A stretch of 63,489 nt of DNA, filler included, from Reticulomyxa filosa (taxonomy: Eukaryota > Protista > Foraminifera): NCBI GenBank assembly GCA_000512085.1. It is 10 parts of 10 records of this genome, joined end to end, with 100 filler letters (N's around TTAATTAATTAA, not from the genome) between each part and the next. Parts side by side here need not be neighbours in the genome. Positions count along the whole stretch, not along the records: positions 1 to 20,020 come from ASPP01006491.1; positions 20,121 to 30,930 come from ASPP01005251.1; 8 more parts are not named here. One strand, written 5' to 3'. Both the position numbers and the translations under genes were made by a program. Shown here in pieces: positions 12,974-26,200 of this stretch (position 1 is its first letter; every line of letters starts with the position of its first letter). Under the pieces are notes generated by a model, which was not told the DNA's origin, did no database searches, and saw only the letters and a program-made list of their open reading frames with translations.

Positions 12974-14196
12974 TATCTATCGTGATATGTTTTTGTGTCT
13001 TGATATCTTTTATTGGTAGAACATTAAGCCCCTTCAGCCCATAGTGCCAAAAAAAAAATATCATATTTTTTTAAAAATGTGTGGATTTGTTTGTAATGGA
13101 TTTAAAAAAAAACAAAAAATAAAAAAATATTTCCTTTTGGGTTTATGATGGTCATGTACTGCAACAAAACAAATATACTGTGAGATCCTTCGTCATGGAA
13201 GAATAAACTTCAATAATTTTTGACGCCAACCCCTCTCTTTAGTATACTATCATCTATCTTCAAGGCTCTCCACTCCAATTGTCTTTATTTACTCACGGCC
13301 CACACCGTACATTTTTTTTGTCATTAGCAATTTCTTTTTTTCCAAAGAAGGACTTCTAGCCCATGATGAATTTGTAATGTACGAGTATTTGGACTCAACG
13401 TTCCAGTTCGTTGTGAAAAGCATACTAGACTTTGGAGCCTCTTTTCGAGCTGCGTTTTTGTCATAAGTAGTGTATTTGCGTTGTATTCTAGCCTTATAAC
13501 GGTGTTGTCGATTTTTATAGCCACAATCAATCGCAAAAAAATCACAAATTTGCACTTTATTCGTGTAAAAAAATATTTTTTGAAATTTATTTAAAAATTA
13601 CCTGCAGACCGTAGAAACCCAAAGGTGTTTGATGTCTAGCAGGTGCTAAAAAGATTTAAAAATTGTAATTTTAAATAAGTGAAGATAATTTCAGTTATCT
13701 AAATCGACATTTATTTTTTCTGAAATTTTAATATTATTAAACATCAAATGCAACTTTGGAGTCCAACAAGCTGTAGATATTATTTAAAAATTCAAAAGAG
13801 TGTTGATTTTTCATGAATAAAATTACAAATGCTCGTATTCACATAATTTCCAAATTTTTTGCATTTTCAGAAAATAAAGTTCAAATTTATTTTTGAAATA
13901 TTTTTAATTGGCATTTTATGAAATCAGATGACGGGATCCCATGCTAGATTATAGCACTAAATTTAGTATTGATACGTATACTGGCACCATCATGCTTACA
14001 GTGCATTGAAATGGCAACATATGACAATCGCTGTTGTGTTTTTAATTACTTTTTTGGCATTTTCATCCTTGAGCTTATTTTTTACACATTAAAATGTAAC
14101 ACAATTTCGCAAAAATAGTAAAACAAAATTATTTTGCTCTAGTCAAAAGTTACCTGAACTTTTGTTTAATAATAATTTTCATCAAATGCTCACGAA

Positions 14197-16624
14197 ATGT
14201 CTTTAAACGGATCTCTAGGTTATTATTTGGCAACAATTGGCTTACGCTTTATTCTACTCTTTTTCAACAGGTTATATACATCCAGATGAACATTTTCAGT
14301 CCTGTGAAGTAGCAGGGAAAATGGTATTCAATTTAGATACATTTATTCCATGGGAGTTTGGGGGAGATGGATCTGGTCACGCCACATATCCATTGTCATC
14401 AAAAGAGTTGAGTATATGTGTATATTACATTTAGATTTTGAAAGATGACATATACATATATATGTAATTGTATGTGCAATGTGCAGTCAACCCCCAATTC
14501 GGTCAATCCTGAGCTCACTTCTGACATGTGGAGCATCTTACAGGATATACGATCAATGGTTTTCGTATTGGTTGGGCGAAAAGACAGGATACCTGTTATT
14601 CGTTGTGCCACGTATATACACATTTGTGATATCTTTGTTGATCGATCTGGCAGTATTTCGTATTTGCAAGCTGATGAATCATTCGAATCCGTCGAGTGTT
14701 CTCATGCTTTGGAGTATCAATGTGGTTTCCATCGTATTTAGCACTCGCACGTTGAGCAACACATGGGAGTTGTTTTTGTTGGTTATTCTAGTTTGGTTTA
14801 TTATCGAATTGAGACAATTGGCGGTTCAGTTTTGTTTTATTTCATCTGTGCACATAAGCTAGCAAACTATATATACATATATATGTACATATTGTATATA
14901 AAAGGACCAAATCATTTGCAATTCGTAATGCATTGGTAGGAGGAGTCTTTGCGATTGGAATATTTGTCCGTTTCACATTTGTTGTGTTTGCATTCCCTTA
15001 TCTATTATTCTTGACATTTGACAATTTAATAATTTGGAGAAACTTATCAGAACAAAAGTAACATACAAATATTTTTGGGAGGGGATTTAATTTTATTTAA
15101 TTCAAGAAAAAATATATATACATATATATGTATGTGCATATAATTTCACTTTTTGGATGACAACAGAGTAGCAGTGTGGAAAATGACCTTGTATTCTTCA
15201 TGGTGCAGTTTGGTGCTGTTGATATCGTTTTTGATAACAAGCGCAATAATCGTGCAATGGGACAACGACTATTTTTATCGGGGACAAAGGAATGGCATTG
15301 CGCTGATAACGCCAATCCAAGCGCTGCTGTACAACTCGAAAACGGACAATTTGTCCGCACATGGCATTCATCCGTTTTATTTGCATTTGGTCATTAACAT
15401 GCAAATGCTATTTGGCCCGATGTTTGTGTATTTGGTTTTGTATATGCCAATTACGGGATTCACACATTGGGACTATTGTTATTTTTCAGTGACGTGTTGC
15501 AAAGTCGTGGATTGTCATCCGAGTTCATCGACAAACTACGCATCCCTTTGGACAAGAGGATGTTCTATTACGCTTTGCTCGCCAATATATTTCTATCTTT
15601 GTTCGCTCTGTCACTCGTGCCTCATCAAGAGCCACGCTTTTTGTTGCCCTTGTTATTGCCTATGTCCATTATCACTGGGCCGTTACTCTTTCCCTTGCAC
15701 AATTTTGATGATCATGATCATGTTCAACTTCAAGATGAGTCGTTACAAAATCAAAATGCGACACAAGATAAACATACTTCTTCTTCTTCTGCTGCTGCTT
15801 CTTCTACGTTACGATTTCGCAAGAAACGTAAAGCTGACAATCAACACAAACACAATAATAATACCAATGGCAATGACGATAATGATGACATGTCAGTATC
15901 TGATGATGACTCTTGGTATCACTACTTTTTGCCAAATTTAAATCGTCCATTAATTGCTTTTTATGTCTTGTTTCATGCTTGTTTATGCATTTGGTTTGGA
16001 CTATTGCATGAATCACAGTTGATTCGAGCCATTTTTCATCCCAATTCTTGGGCTCTGTCTTCTTCTGATGCCACTCACTCTCATCTTACCAAACACGCTC
16101 TTTTTTTTAAAACTTTTATGCCGCCAAAGATTTTCTTATATGATACTTCTTTGATCAATACAACCACAGTTATTTTTTTATTTTTTCTTCCTATTTGTGT
16201 GTCCATTTCGAAAGCTTACACACGGCTTCTTCGTCAACTAGTACAACGCAAAGAAAAAAAATATTTTGCACAGTTTTGGGAATGCCATACGATAGAGGAA
16301 GTTCGGAATATCACAGAAACTTTGTATAAATCTGAAAGCTCTTGCCATGATACGGATACAGATCACTTGGGCATCAGCTATCTGATCTTTACTCCTAAGG
16401 CTTTGGATATGCGGCACTTGATTGAGACACATGTTTTTGGACTTAAAAACACAGGCCAACATTCCACAGATACTCCAAATGAAAATATCTGGAAGGACAC
16501 TTATCATAAAATTGATTTTGTTACGACATATTGTCCTCATTTTAGTGTTGATACACCGACTTTTTCACTTCCTCAAATGTGTTTGGAAGTCTTGAGAGTC
16601 TATGTCTATTCCGATAACGATTAA
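14197..16624 (+). CDS. PIGZ: GPI mannosyltransferase 4 (PIG-Z/Smp3, GT22 family), multi-exon; apparent +1 homopolymer frameshift near 14260
   Basis: GYIHPDEHFQ, PWEF, PIRS, TRTLSNTWE, NLSAHGIHP and HQEPRFLLP motifs, plus multiple TM segments. The ATG at 14197 reads YYLATIGLRFILL and joins the STGYIHPDE frame if one T of TTTTT is removed. Confidence 0.87.
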
Positions 16625-17084
16625 TTTCTCTTTTTGAATAAAACATTGTTGATTTATGGAAGTAATTGTGTTTTTAGTCTATCATATAGAAAAAGAATCG
16701 TTTATCTCCAAATCACCAAAGGCAACTGTTCAACTTTAAAACATGCATAGTCAAGTTTACAAAAAAATAAACCTAAAGTTTGCACTTCTAATAACTAAAA
16801 TTACCATTTTTCAAGAAATCCAAAAATATGTTCAATTTTTAATAACAATTCGAGAGATGTGGAAAAATTAAATATTTGTTGATGATACTTCCAAAAAACT
16901 TAAGACGTACATTCTTCACTTCTAATGACAGTTTTTGTATTTTTTTTTGTTGATTGTTTAAATTTTTAAAAAAATTGACACAGAATAATTACAAATATAG
17001 ACATAAAAATATGTCAATGTGGAAGGTAATTCAAGAAGGAGTTGTATTTATGGTTGAAAAAAAGTGTGCAAAAAAACCAGTTGA

Positions 17085-19571
17085 TCAACTCATAGAGCTG
17101 ATAAGTTTCTGATTTAAAATTTGAATTTGATCAATTTGAGTGGAATTCAATTTGTCGGTGCGATCATATGTCATGAACCCATTGCATTGCAATTCGGTGT
17201 CCGCCATTCTCACATAAACAACACCGGACAAATCGCCTTTCCACAACATAAGTTGGTTGAGGTACGAAGAATACGTAGTCAGCAACTGTTGTGTTGAGTC
17301 AACCACCTTATTTGCAGTGCATGCATTATTGACCCATTCTTTGCCAGTCACAAAATACCCAAGTCCACCATAATTACCCAAGACCGCATATTGCACATCA
17401 CTGGGCAAATTGTCGATTGGAGAAGGAAGACTGTATATATCATTGACATTGCCAAAGCCAAAGGCATTGGCCGAGCCTCCACTGTCGCTATTGATTAAGC
17501 GCGTACTATCCAAAGCACTGATCTCATTTACGACGTCATCAACATTCGAAAACACCTGCCAGCACTCGTCTTCATTGAAGATATCCCACTGAATGACGCT
17601 GTTAACATCCACATATGAGAAACATGACAAGCAAGAGTCAAGTTGTGACATATCGAAGAGATAGAAAATGACCTGGGATGATTTATCTTGCCCAGCACCA
17701 TGGCGTTTAAATCGTTTGTGAAGAGAGGGACAGTATCGGCGGTAGCACCAGAGTACTTTTGCGGGGCGTCTTGCCAAACCAAGACACCAAGCGTGTCTGC
17801 ATGGTAGTACCATCTCTCATTGTGAACCTTTTCTTGAACTCGAATCATATTGAATCCATACCTCTTCACTGATTGCAAGTCGAACAGTATAGCATCGTCG
17901 CTTGGCGCGGTATATATGCCATCCGGCCAATAGCCCATGTCCAGCCAACCATTGGTAAACAATGGTTTGTTATTCAAATAAAACCGTTGAGTTGGTGGTC
18001 CGCCTTGAGCGCCACTGCACTGTAAACAATCACAACAACAATATACATACATATATATATGTATATATTTATTTATTTATTCTCAAAACATAACTCTGCA
18101 AGTGTCACCAGAAGCGACTGGACGACTACCCTTAATCCAACAATCTCCAGACGAGCTATCACAGTTGGTGACAGCCCACGACCAAGCCAGACAACTCGAC
18201 GACTGATTGCACAAGAGCCAACACTCATTGCAGCTGCTCGTTGTCACGGGATAGCCAGGCAGATCATCGCCACCACGGTCCCACCCCGGTTGCGGTCCTG
18301 TCGTCACTGGCGCGGTCAATGTCGATGACAGGTACCGCATCCCAAAGTACGTTTCTACTTCGTCTCCACTTGCCAATGAGATCTTTTTTTTTTTTTTAAA
18401 TTTGTGGTCCCCCTTTTTTTTTAAAAAAAAAAAAAAAGATCATGACAGTTCTAAACGGTCATATCATAAAGAAAAGGGAAATCGGGTGACCATAAAGTCG
18501 CGTTTTGTATTTGCAGCAAAAGGACTTCATTGCAATCTGCAGTTGCGGTAATAATCAATTTGTTGGAACTGCTGTCGTACACTTTCACGGTGAATTGCTC
18601 GCTACTCGGATCGCCATTGACAGTGACCGTGATACTGACAGTCTGCAAATCGGGCGAAGTGATCACTTGAAACCCTTCGATGTAATTCATCGGGATAAAC
18701 TCGAGCCATACTGTTTGCCAAATGCCCGACGTCGGAGTGAACACAGATCCACCGGGCTCGGTCATCGCAGAGATGCTTTGTCGTCCGTTTGGCTGTTGTC
18801 CGTACTCCGTTGGATCGAATACCATCACGTCCAACGTATTCCCACTCTCGTTCACATATTTCGTTATGTCCACAACAAAGCTGTCGTATCCGCCAATATG
18901 CGTCCCTACGATCTCGTTGTTTACATACACCGTCGTGTCCCAGTCCACTGCGCCGAAATTCAGCAATAAACGTGTGTCCGACTTGTTTCGATCGGCAAAA
19001 TCGGTAAATGTCGTACGATAGTGCAAATTACTTTTTTGTAAACATTATTATTATTTTTTTCTATGTGGTTCAATCAAAGGATTTTATATACACGTACACA
19101 AACATAAATATGCATATATGTGTATGTGTACACAAAATTATCGATACACGTAAGTTTGACCAAGTCCTGACAGACAAGACTCGGGAGGAAACGGCACTAA
19201 TATTGTCTCTGGTAACGTGTCTTTGAATCGATTCGATAGCCATTGTGTTTTGCTTTCTTCCACGATTGAATAACCTTCGAACCTGTTTCATATTCCTCTT
19301 TTTTGTTTTTTGTTTTAGTTGTCTCCTATCTCTTGTTCAAAACAACCACAAAGTAAACATCTATTAACTGCCACAGTCCATTCATATTCAACCAATTGTT
19401 CTTTCGAACCATTTGCGGTCTTGGATACTCGGGCAACGTGTTGTTTGGTGTCACCTGGCTACCCCATTGAGTTATTTGGTCTGTAGGTCCACAACTTGTT
19501 CGCGACCATGATTCCACAAGTGCCACGAACAAAAACCATACACAGAATGCAGCAAGAAATGAAAACATCAT
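17085..19571 (-). CDS. Secreted glycoside hydrolase family 2-like protein with an internal PAN/apple-like Cys-rich module; multi-exon
   Basis: Signal peptide, then PEYPRPQMVR, LNFGAVDW, THIGGYDSF, SGIWQTVWLE, LWSPDFPFLY, WPDGIYTAP, NHP|SVIQWDIFNE and NGFMTYDR. The PAN-like segment DRGGDDL..CNECWLLC...CLAWSW...CWIK lies at ~18095-18290. Confidence 0.88.
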
Positions 19572-19800
19572 CAATTACCTCGTAAAATTCAATCAAAAAT
19601 TTTCTTACTTTGCTAACGCTTGGTTAATATTTTTTCGATCAATTTGACAGTCTATCTAGGTTTCTTTATAAGTATGTGCCATTGATGATTAGAGTACATA
19701 GTGTTTTTTAAATATAATGTAGTGTTAGAAAATTCAATTATACATTTTCTACTAACAAATTTTTATTATACAGTAAGATAAAAAAGAAAGTTGACACCTA

Positions 19801-20020
19801 AAATGCCACATTGTGGGGAGTCTGCGTGAATAGCTTCACTAAATGTAATACGAAAGAGTGTTACTCGAAATGATAGTGACTTTCAGTAAACAAAAGTAAA
19901 TTAAAGAATAAATCAAAGGACAAAAGAAAGTAAAGAAAGTAAAGAAAGCAAGTAAGTCAGAGGTAGTTTGTTGAGGAGGTTTAACCCAAAGGGAGCTCCT
20001 TAGTTCCATAAGCGTTCAGC
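19801..20020 (+). repeat. Dispersed ~200-bp non-coding repeat, copy 1
   Basis: Shares colinear blocks (ATTGTGGG, TGTAATACGAAAG, TTTCAGTAAA, AATTAAAGAA, AAGTAAAGAAA, TTTAACCCA, GTTCC) with the reverse complement of 54400-54602. Confidence 0.7.
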
Positions 20021-20120
20021 NNNNNNNNNNNNNNNNNNNNNNNNNNNNNNNNNNNNNNNNNNNNTTAATTAATTAANNNNNNNNNNNNNNNNNNNNNNNN
20101 NNNNNNNNNNNNNNNNNNNN
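20021..20120. other. Artificial contig spacer (44N-TTAATTAATTAA-44N); identical spacers at 30931-31030, 36958-37057, 42682-42781, 46969-47068, 51211-51310, 52821-52920, 53921-54020, 62215-62314
   Basis: The identical 100-bp structure occurs nine times, and TTAATTAATTAA places stops in all six frames. Confidence 0.98.
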
Positions 20121-20128
20121 TGTGTGTG

Positions 20129-20159
<31 letters not shown>

Positions 20160-20222
20160 TTTTTCCAACAAATATATGTAGTCAATTGAACATTATACGT
20201 ATACATATATGTATACACGTAC

Positions 20223-23200
20223 ATCCTCCATCTCCATTTGAAAGAATACAAAACTTGGCTAATGGCTGGCACAGCAGAATATGTAACAAAGAAGTCGAGC
20301 GGACCATAAGGGACTTGGGTCAACGAAATAAATTGATCGTGTTCAATTAGTCGCTTGAGTGACCACAGATATGTCGGCATATCGGGCTTTGGGGAATTGG
20401 CGACAAATTGATGATACTTTTCACACATTTCTGTCAAACGCAAGCCAAAGTAACGCTGAGCAAACAAAGACTTGAGGACTTCCATTGTGGGCAATGTTTC
20501 CGTTTCCGTGTGCAATTCCTTTGAACTGAAATCGGTGATACGTTTGGTCAACGTTCGATCACGAGGAGTCCAGTAGAACCCCAGCAACTTCTCCGTTTCA
20601 TTCACAAAGCTACGGTTGGAAAGCTTGGTATTGGACAAGACAATTTCAAGTGAGACGTCGTTGCATATCTCTGAATGTTCGAGGATATTTCGCATATCCA
20701 GAGCGGTTTCAATCTTCCAAGTTTTTTGAGGGGACACAAAAGTGGAGGCACTTGCACTTTTGTCGATTATTGAAAATTTGAGCCAAGGAAAACAACAAAT
20801 GGACCGCAACAAATACAGGGATGAGGCTTGGGCGTACATTTTGGGATAAAGCCTACGCAAATGCATGTCCAAGTCTTCAAAGAAGAGACCCTTATCGACC
20901 ACTCCCAAGTCGCGGATGACATGTCGTACGTGTCCGGCCAGAGATGCAGGTTTCCTTTTTTGATACAAAATGGACGGACTTGTGGAAACAACTTGCACAA
21001 AGTCTAAACACCAATCCCTGATTTCGCGATGCTCAATTTCTGGGAATGTTGGCATTGGATTTTCCCTTTGGAGATGCAACCAGCCACTTGTGTCTGCGTC
21101 GTCATGTCCATTGCTCGAATATGTCGGATGAATCAGTCGATTGTAAATAATGTCATTCAAATCGTTCAATGACACCGAGTCCTTTTGCGATGACAAATAG
21201 TCGAGTGACATTCGAACCAAAGCTCTCCTCAATTCCACGGCATTCTGTGCGACCAGGGCGTCGTTGTCGCGCAAAGGCATTACCGCAAAGTTGTTGTTCG
21301 TCAGGTAATCGTAAAGGGTTGCGAACCTATCCTTACTTTCTATCGGAAGCAAATGAAACCCCGACAATTGAGAAAGCAATAGTGTTCCATTCTCGCAAGT
21401 CGACAAGGTTTGTTTGACCTTAAGCAAAGACGATTTTGCTTTCTCCTATAAATAAGTATATATTGACGTATAAAGCCTATTTACAATTTATTTACCAAAA
21501 CTATATATGTACATACATATACATATATATTTATATATAAAGTAACAGGATCAAGCATTTTTGTATTCAAATCTCGGAATTGAAATTTCGATACTCGGCT
21601 GTTGGCATCATGAAGCGTGGTGACATGGAACCACAGTTCATTGAACACGGTGTTCAGCACTTGATTATCTGTGGGAGGGATCGAGTTTTGATTTTGTTTG
21701 GCCCAAGCCTTGACCCCTTCCAGCAAGGTGTCGATGGGCACTTGGGCTTCGTCGGCCATCGCCAAAACACTGACGATATGACGTTGCACGGGAGAGAGCC
21801 AGTGGACTGCTGTGACGACAGGATAAGCGTCGTAATTATTATCTTCGAAGGATCCGTTCACAGTGTACATGCCCGTCGATTGCAGAGCATGTTTCAAATT
21901 GGGAGTCACGATCACGACATCGAACACAGAGTGTATTTTGCGTTGGAATATGTAAAGTGGAAAACGGATTTGGTTCAGCCATGTCATCGCCAATGCTGTT
22001 TCCACGGTAACGCTTTGCTTCTGTGACTTGTATGGCACCAATGGATTCCAAAGCTTTATTTTCAATTGATCTTGTGTACGCGTTATTTGCAAATCCAAAG
22101 AGAAGCTTTCAACAATGACAGACAGAAGGGATGACGTTGACAAATCCTTGAACTTGCTCCATTGGCTTAGATGCTGCTGCAAGTCTTCGATTGACATTTG
22201 CAATGACTTATTGCTGCAAAATGCGGCCAAAATGCAATCTCGAAGGAATTTGGTTTGATCATTCAAGTTCGAGATTGCAAGACATTTTTGCTTAAAGAAA
22301 TCCAAATTCTCAAACTTTACTACGAAATCAGGGTACCACTTTGCGGAATTCAAAGACATGGACAGAAAAGGCATCAAATGCCGTGGCGGTCTGCGTAGCA
22401 ACGACGAACAATCAAAAACAACAGAGCGTGAGCGACTTTCTTGAGTCATTTGTTTACACCAAAAATTGTGTAAGTCACTCAGCCTTATGGTATTATTGTG
22501 AGCATCCATTTGACGGTCTTTGACCAACACCTCAAGCATTTCTTCCAAACTTTGATAATTTGTGATTGCCACGTCGTTGTTCGTTGTGACAGTTGTCGTG
22601 TTTGCAGTGGATGGAAGATTGCGCAAGGAAAAGTAATACTCGTCTCTGGCCTCATTGTGCTCGACCGCGAATTGATGCGGATAGTGTTGCAACAAAAAAC
22701 GAGTGACGTGAGGATAGTGATCAAAAAGGAAGGCACACTTTTCGTTGGCTCTGTTCCAAATGCCTTCGCTGTCTTTGTCACAAATACGTTCCTGTTGCTC
22801 CAACATGTTTATCATGGTTTTCACGAACTGACGCAAGGCAGGGAGCAAGTTGAACTTCTTCCACTCCATGTTACCAATGATAATATCCGACAAAGAGAAG
22901 GTCAATGTCTTGGTCGGATCACTGTTCAATATTGTACGCAGCGTCGAAAATGACATCAACAATGGCTCTCGTACATATCTCGATAGCGCTGTTGCAATTG
23001 ACTTACGTTGACATATACACGCTGGTCCAGCAAATCCAGCAATCGATTGAAAATCTCCTCCGAATATTGCTTGCTGGGCTTTTTCGACCGTGGCTCAAAA
23101 TATGGCTCCTCCGACAAAGTGGAGTCCAGGTGCACGCAAATGCCTGGCAAACGTTCAAGCTGTTGGATCAAGTTTTGATGGGAAGGGAAATACACTCCAA

Positions 23201-26200
23201 AGCGTTGTATGAATTCACTTGCAGCTGCGATATACGCATCGAGTCGACATCCATGGTATACAATATATGTAATACCAATCGATTCAATAATCTTGTGTCT
23301 TGCAGTGATTGGAACTCAGGACGTATTTGAACCATCCATGGCCGATGTGAATGTGTGGTAGATCGCTTCAATTTCACAAATGGGAGCATCAGCAACTCGC
23401 CCAATGTGTCCAATGGGGTGGAATGCATTTGAGCCAATGACTCCAACAAAAGAGACATTTCCATGGGCTTGTTTTTCAATTGAGTAAATACATGTCGAGC
23501 AAAAGCATTGACGTCTGTGCCATTGGTCGCTTGCAGTCCGACCACCGCATCCGCATTCCATTCTTTGTGCTCCTGTTTGATCCAAAATAACTCGCTGCAT
23601 TGATTGCACAAATGATAGAGAAACTGATACGAATTCAAAGGCTTCAAATCTGGATACTGCAATTTCCATTCATTGCAAATTTGCAAAGCAGTCAGACTGC
23701 CATTGGGCTGCTTCATAAGCAGACTTTCTATTAATCCTCCAAACAAATTCTTATTCGAATTGGATATGTAGTAGTCCCCATTTGGCAAAGGCACACGTGG
23801 CAAAGATAACTTGTCCAACAAAGGTATCCAAGGAATGAAATATCCAAACCGCTCACGAAACAACGAACAAAATTCAGACAGCTTAATGTACTTTGTATTG
23901 CGATTGACATTGTGCACAATCTCGTTCATTAATGTGGCGATCTGGGCGTCTGTGTTTCCTTTTTGAGATCGATTACGAAGAATTGTCTCTATGTTCATTG
24001 TGGTAGTGATGGTATCTTTGGTATGATCTTGCCTTGACTGCGTTGCGAATGAAGGGACAGGCCAAAATGAAAAAGATCTTTCCTTTCGTCCATTGACATT
24101 GAGCTCTTCTTTTATTTCGATATCTTGATGGCAATTGTCGAGTACGTACGAAACCACTTTGGACACGTCGTTGTCATCCAATGTCAATTGCAGGTTTTTC
24201 TTAGTCAAATTTATCCAATCTGACTCTAGGAGTTTGTGTGGATAGTGCGTTTCAATGGCTTTGATTAATCCCAGCACATTGACTGGAAGCGAATGAGTCG
24301 ACTATGGTTAAGCATGAAAATCGAACACATTATTTTGTTCAATGTTTGTATTAACAAAATACAAATAAATGAACAAATATATAACATATACATATATATG
24401 TTTATATAACTGCTGGCTCTAATTGTACAAATGGAACAGAGTCATGGATGACAGAGAAGGAAAACCATTCAAAGAGCAAGTCCAATGGGAGACTCGATTG
24501 CTGAAAATGTTGAAAGAACAGATCACCAAATTGTTGATGCAGCATGGATGGGACAATACACAATGGCACCATGCGCAAATTGTCTTTTGTCCAAAAATGT
24601 CGCTCATTTGCACATCGATCCAACACAGCTTCGATCGAACGACGCACCGGCAAAGGACTGTGAATGGGATGAACAGATGTGGCTGTCGGGACCGAGTGCA
24701 TGGGACTCTTCAGTTTAATGCAAACATTTGACTCGAGAAAGTCCAATGCATTGGCTAAGTTGTTTCGATATTTGGTAGGGATCAAAAATGTATCAAACTG
24801 TTCGATAAAACATGCATGATGCAAATACTGCAAGCTTTGAGGAGAATAGCAATGAAATGATTTCAACAATACAAATGCTGTTGGACTCGCATCTGATGTT
24901 GATGATATATCGTTAGAATAGCAAAGTTGACGAACAATCGCTTCATTGAGAAGTCTTTCGCGCCAATAAAAATATTTCATGATTCCATGATGCGTGAGAT
25001 TATACGCCGATAGTTGATTGATATTTTTCCAAGTCACAAAGAGATCAGGAAAGGTAGTGGCATTCGACGATGGATCCAGTTGTATATAAGGCTGAATTCT
25101 GTGCTGTAACCAATCCAACATCAAGAGATAATTGTTATAGTTTTTGGATGCATTGTGATGGCGAATATGTTTTGATCGTGTCAACAAATTCGACAAATTG
25201 GGATCGTACTGCAACAAGTGATGTTGGAGAGAAGACAATGCGATACCATCGGGACACTTTTGTATCAAATGTTCCAACCACATTTCCAGAGATGAATAGT
25301 ATTGATCATTGTACACACTTTTTTCATTTGATATGTAATAGCGTATTCCGTCACGATACTGCACATCAATGGCTCTGGACAACGTGACAGTGGACAATAT
25401 GGCAGCACAAAAATCTGCGTCATTGCCGTGAGTGGAATATGGAAAGGCAACTGAATCCAACAATCCAATCGGCCATCGCGTTCGAATTGCTTCAAAGGTG
25501 AGTCCTATTGTATTCGACTGTTTCAACATGGAGATCAACTTTTCATCCCAAGTTTGGGTTTTTGATAGTTCAAAGTTCGGGCCTGTTTTCCATTTAAAAC
25601 CATATGTGTCCACTTTGGTGCAGTGATTGGGTAACATTTCCATGCCATTCGAACCAGAAATAAACATTTTGTGCAAATTGAAAGCATTACATTTGCTCAT
25701 TTGAGCATTATTCAACACGCAAGATATGATTTGCAAAAAATAATCATTTCGAGACGAGTTCACTTTTTCGACCTTTGTTTGTAAATGCTGTTCACTCCAT
25801 TCCATTACATCACGTTCAATTTTGTTTTCCATTTGTCGGTCCATCGTAAAGACGCGCAATGACAGATTCGCTACATTTCGATAGAGAGTGAAGATGATTG
25901 TCTTGTCGACATTGAAATAAGTTTGCAGTTGTTGCATCAACTGATCCGACAGAGCCAAACTATTACTCACAAATTTGGGGGGAATAGTGATATCAAAATC
26001 GAGCATGGTTGGAGTCTTGACATACAATTTGTTATCTTTAGCAACGATATCACAGCCATGGCCTTGCAAGAATTTTTGCATATCCAATGTCAGACAAGGC
26101 GCTCCAAAAAGCGTTTCGAATTCGTCTTGAAATTGATTCAAATCCAACAGGTTTTGTTTTTCTTTGACTCTTTCGCTTAAGTAATACCAAAATGATATCA

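Noticed and set aside
13200-13560. Short minus-strand ORFs between RhoGAP and PIGZ
   Set aside because: No ATG-led model or recognisable motif; at most an unidentifiable relic.
14255-14270. Programmed frameshifting in PIGZ (and at the 11-A run at 40789-40799)
   Set aside because: Both sites lie in homopolymers of a homopolymer-error-prone assembly, so sequencing error is the simpler explanation.
1060-19571. Sulfatase + GH2 + PIG-Z as a glycan-utilisation cluster
   Set aside because: They are interspersed with unrelated signalling genes, and PIG-Z is a housekeeping ER enzyme.
20065-20076. Recurring palindromic TTAATTAATTAA as a biological repeat or CRISPR-like element
   Set aside because: It is always centred in exactly 44+44 Ns, so it is an artificial six-frame-stop linker.
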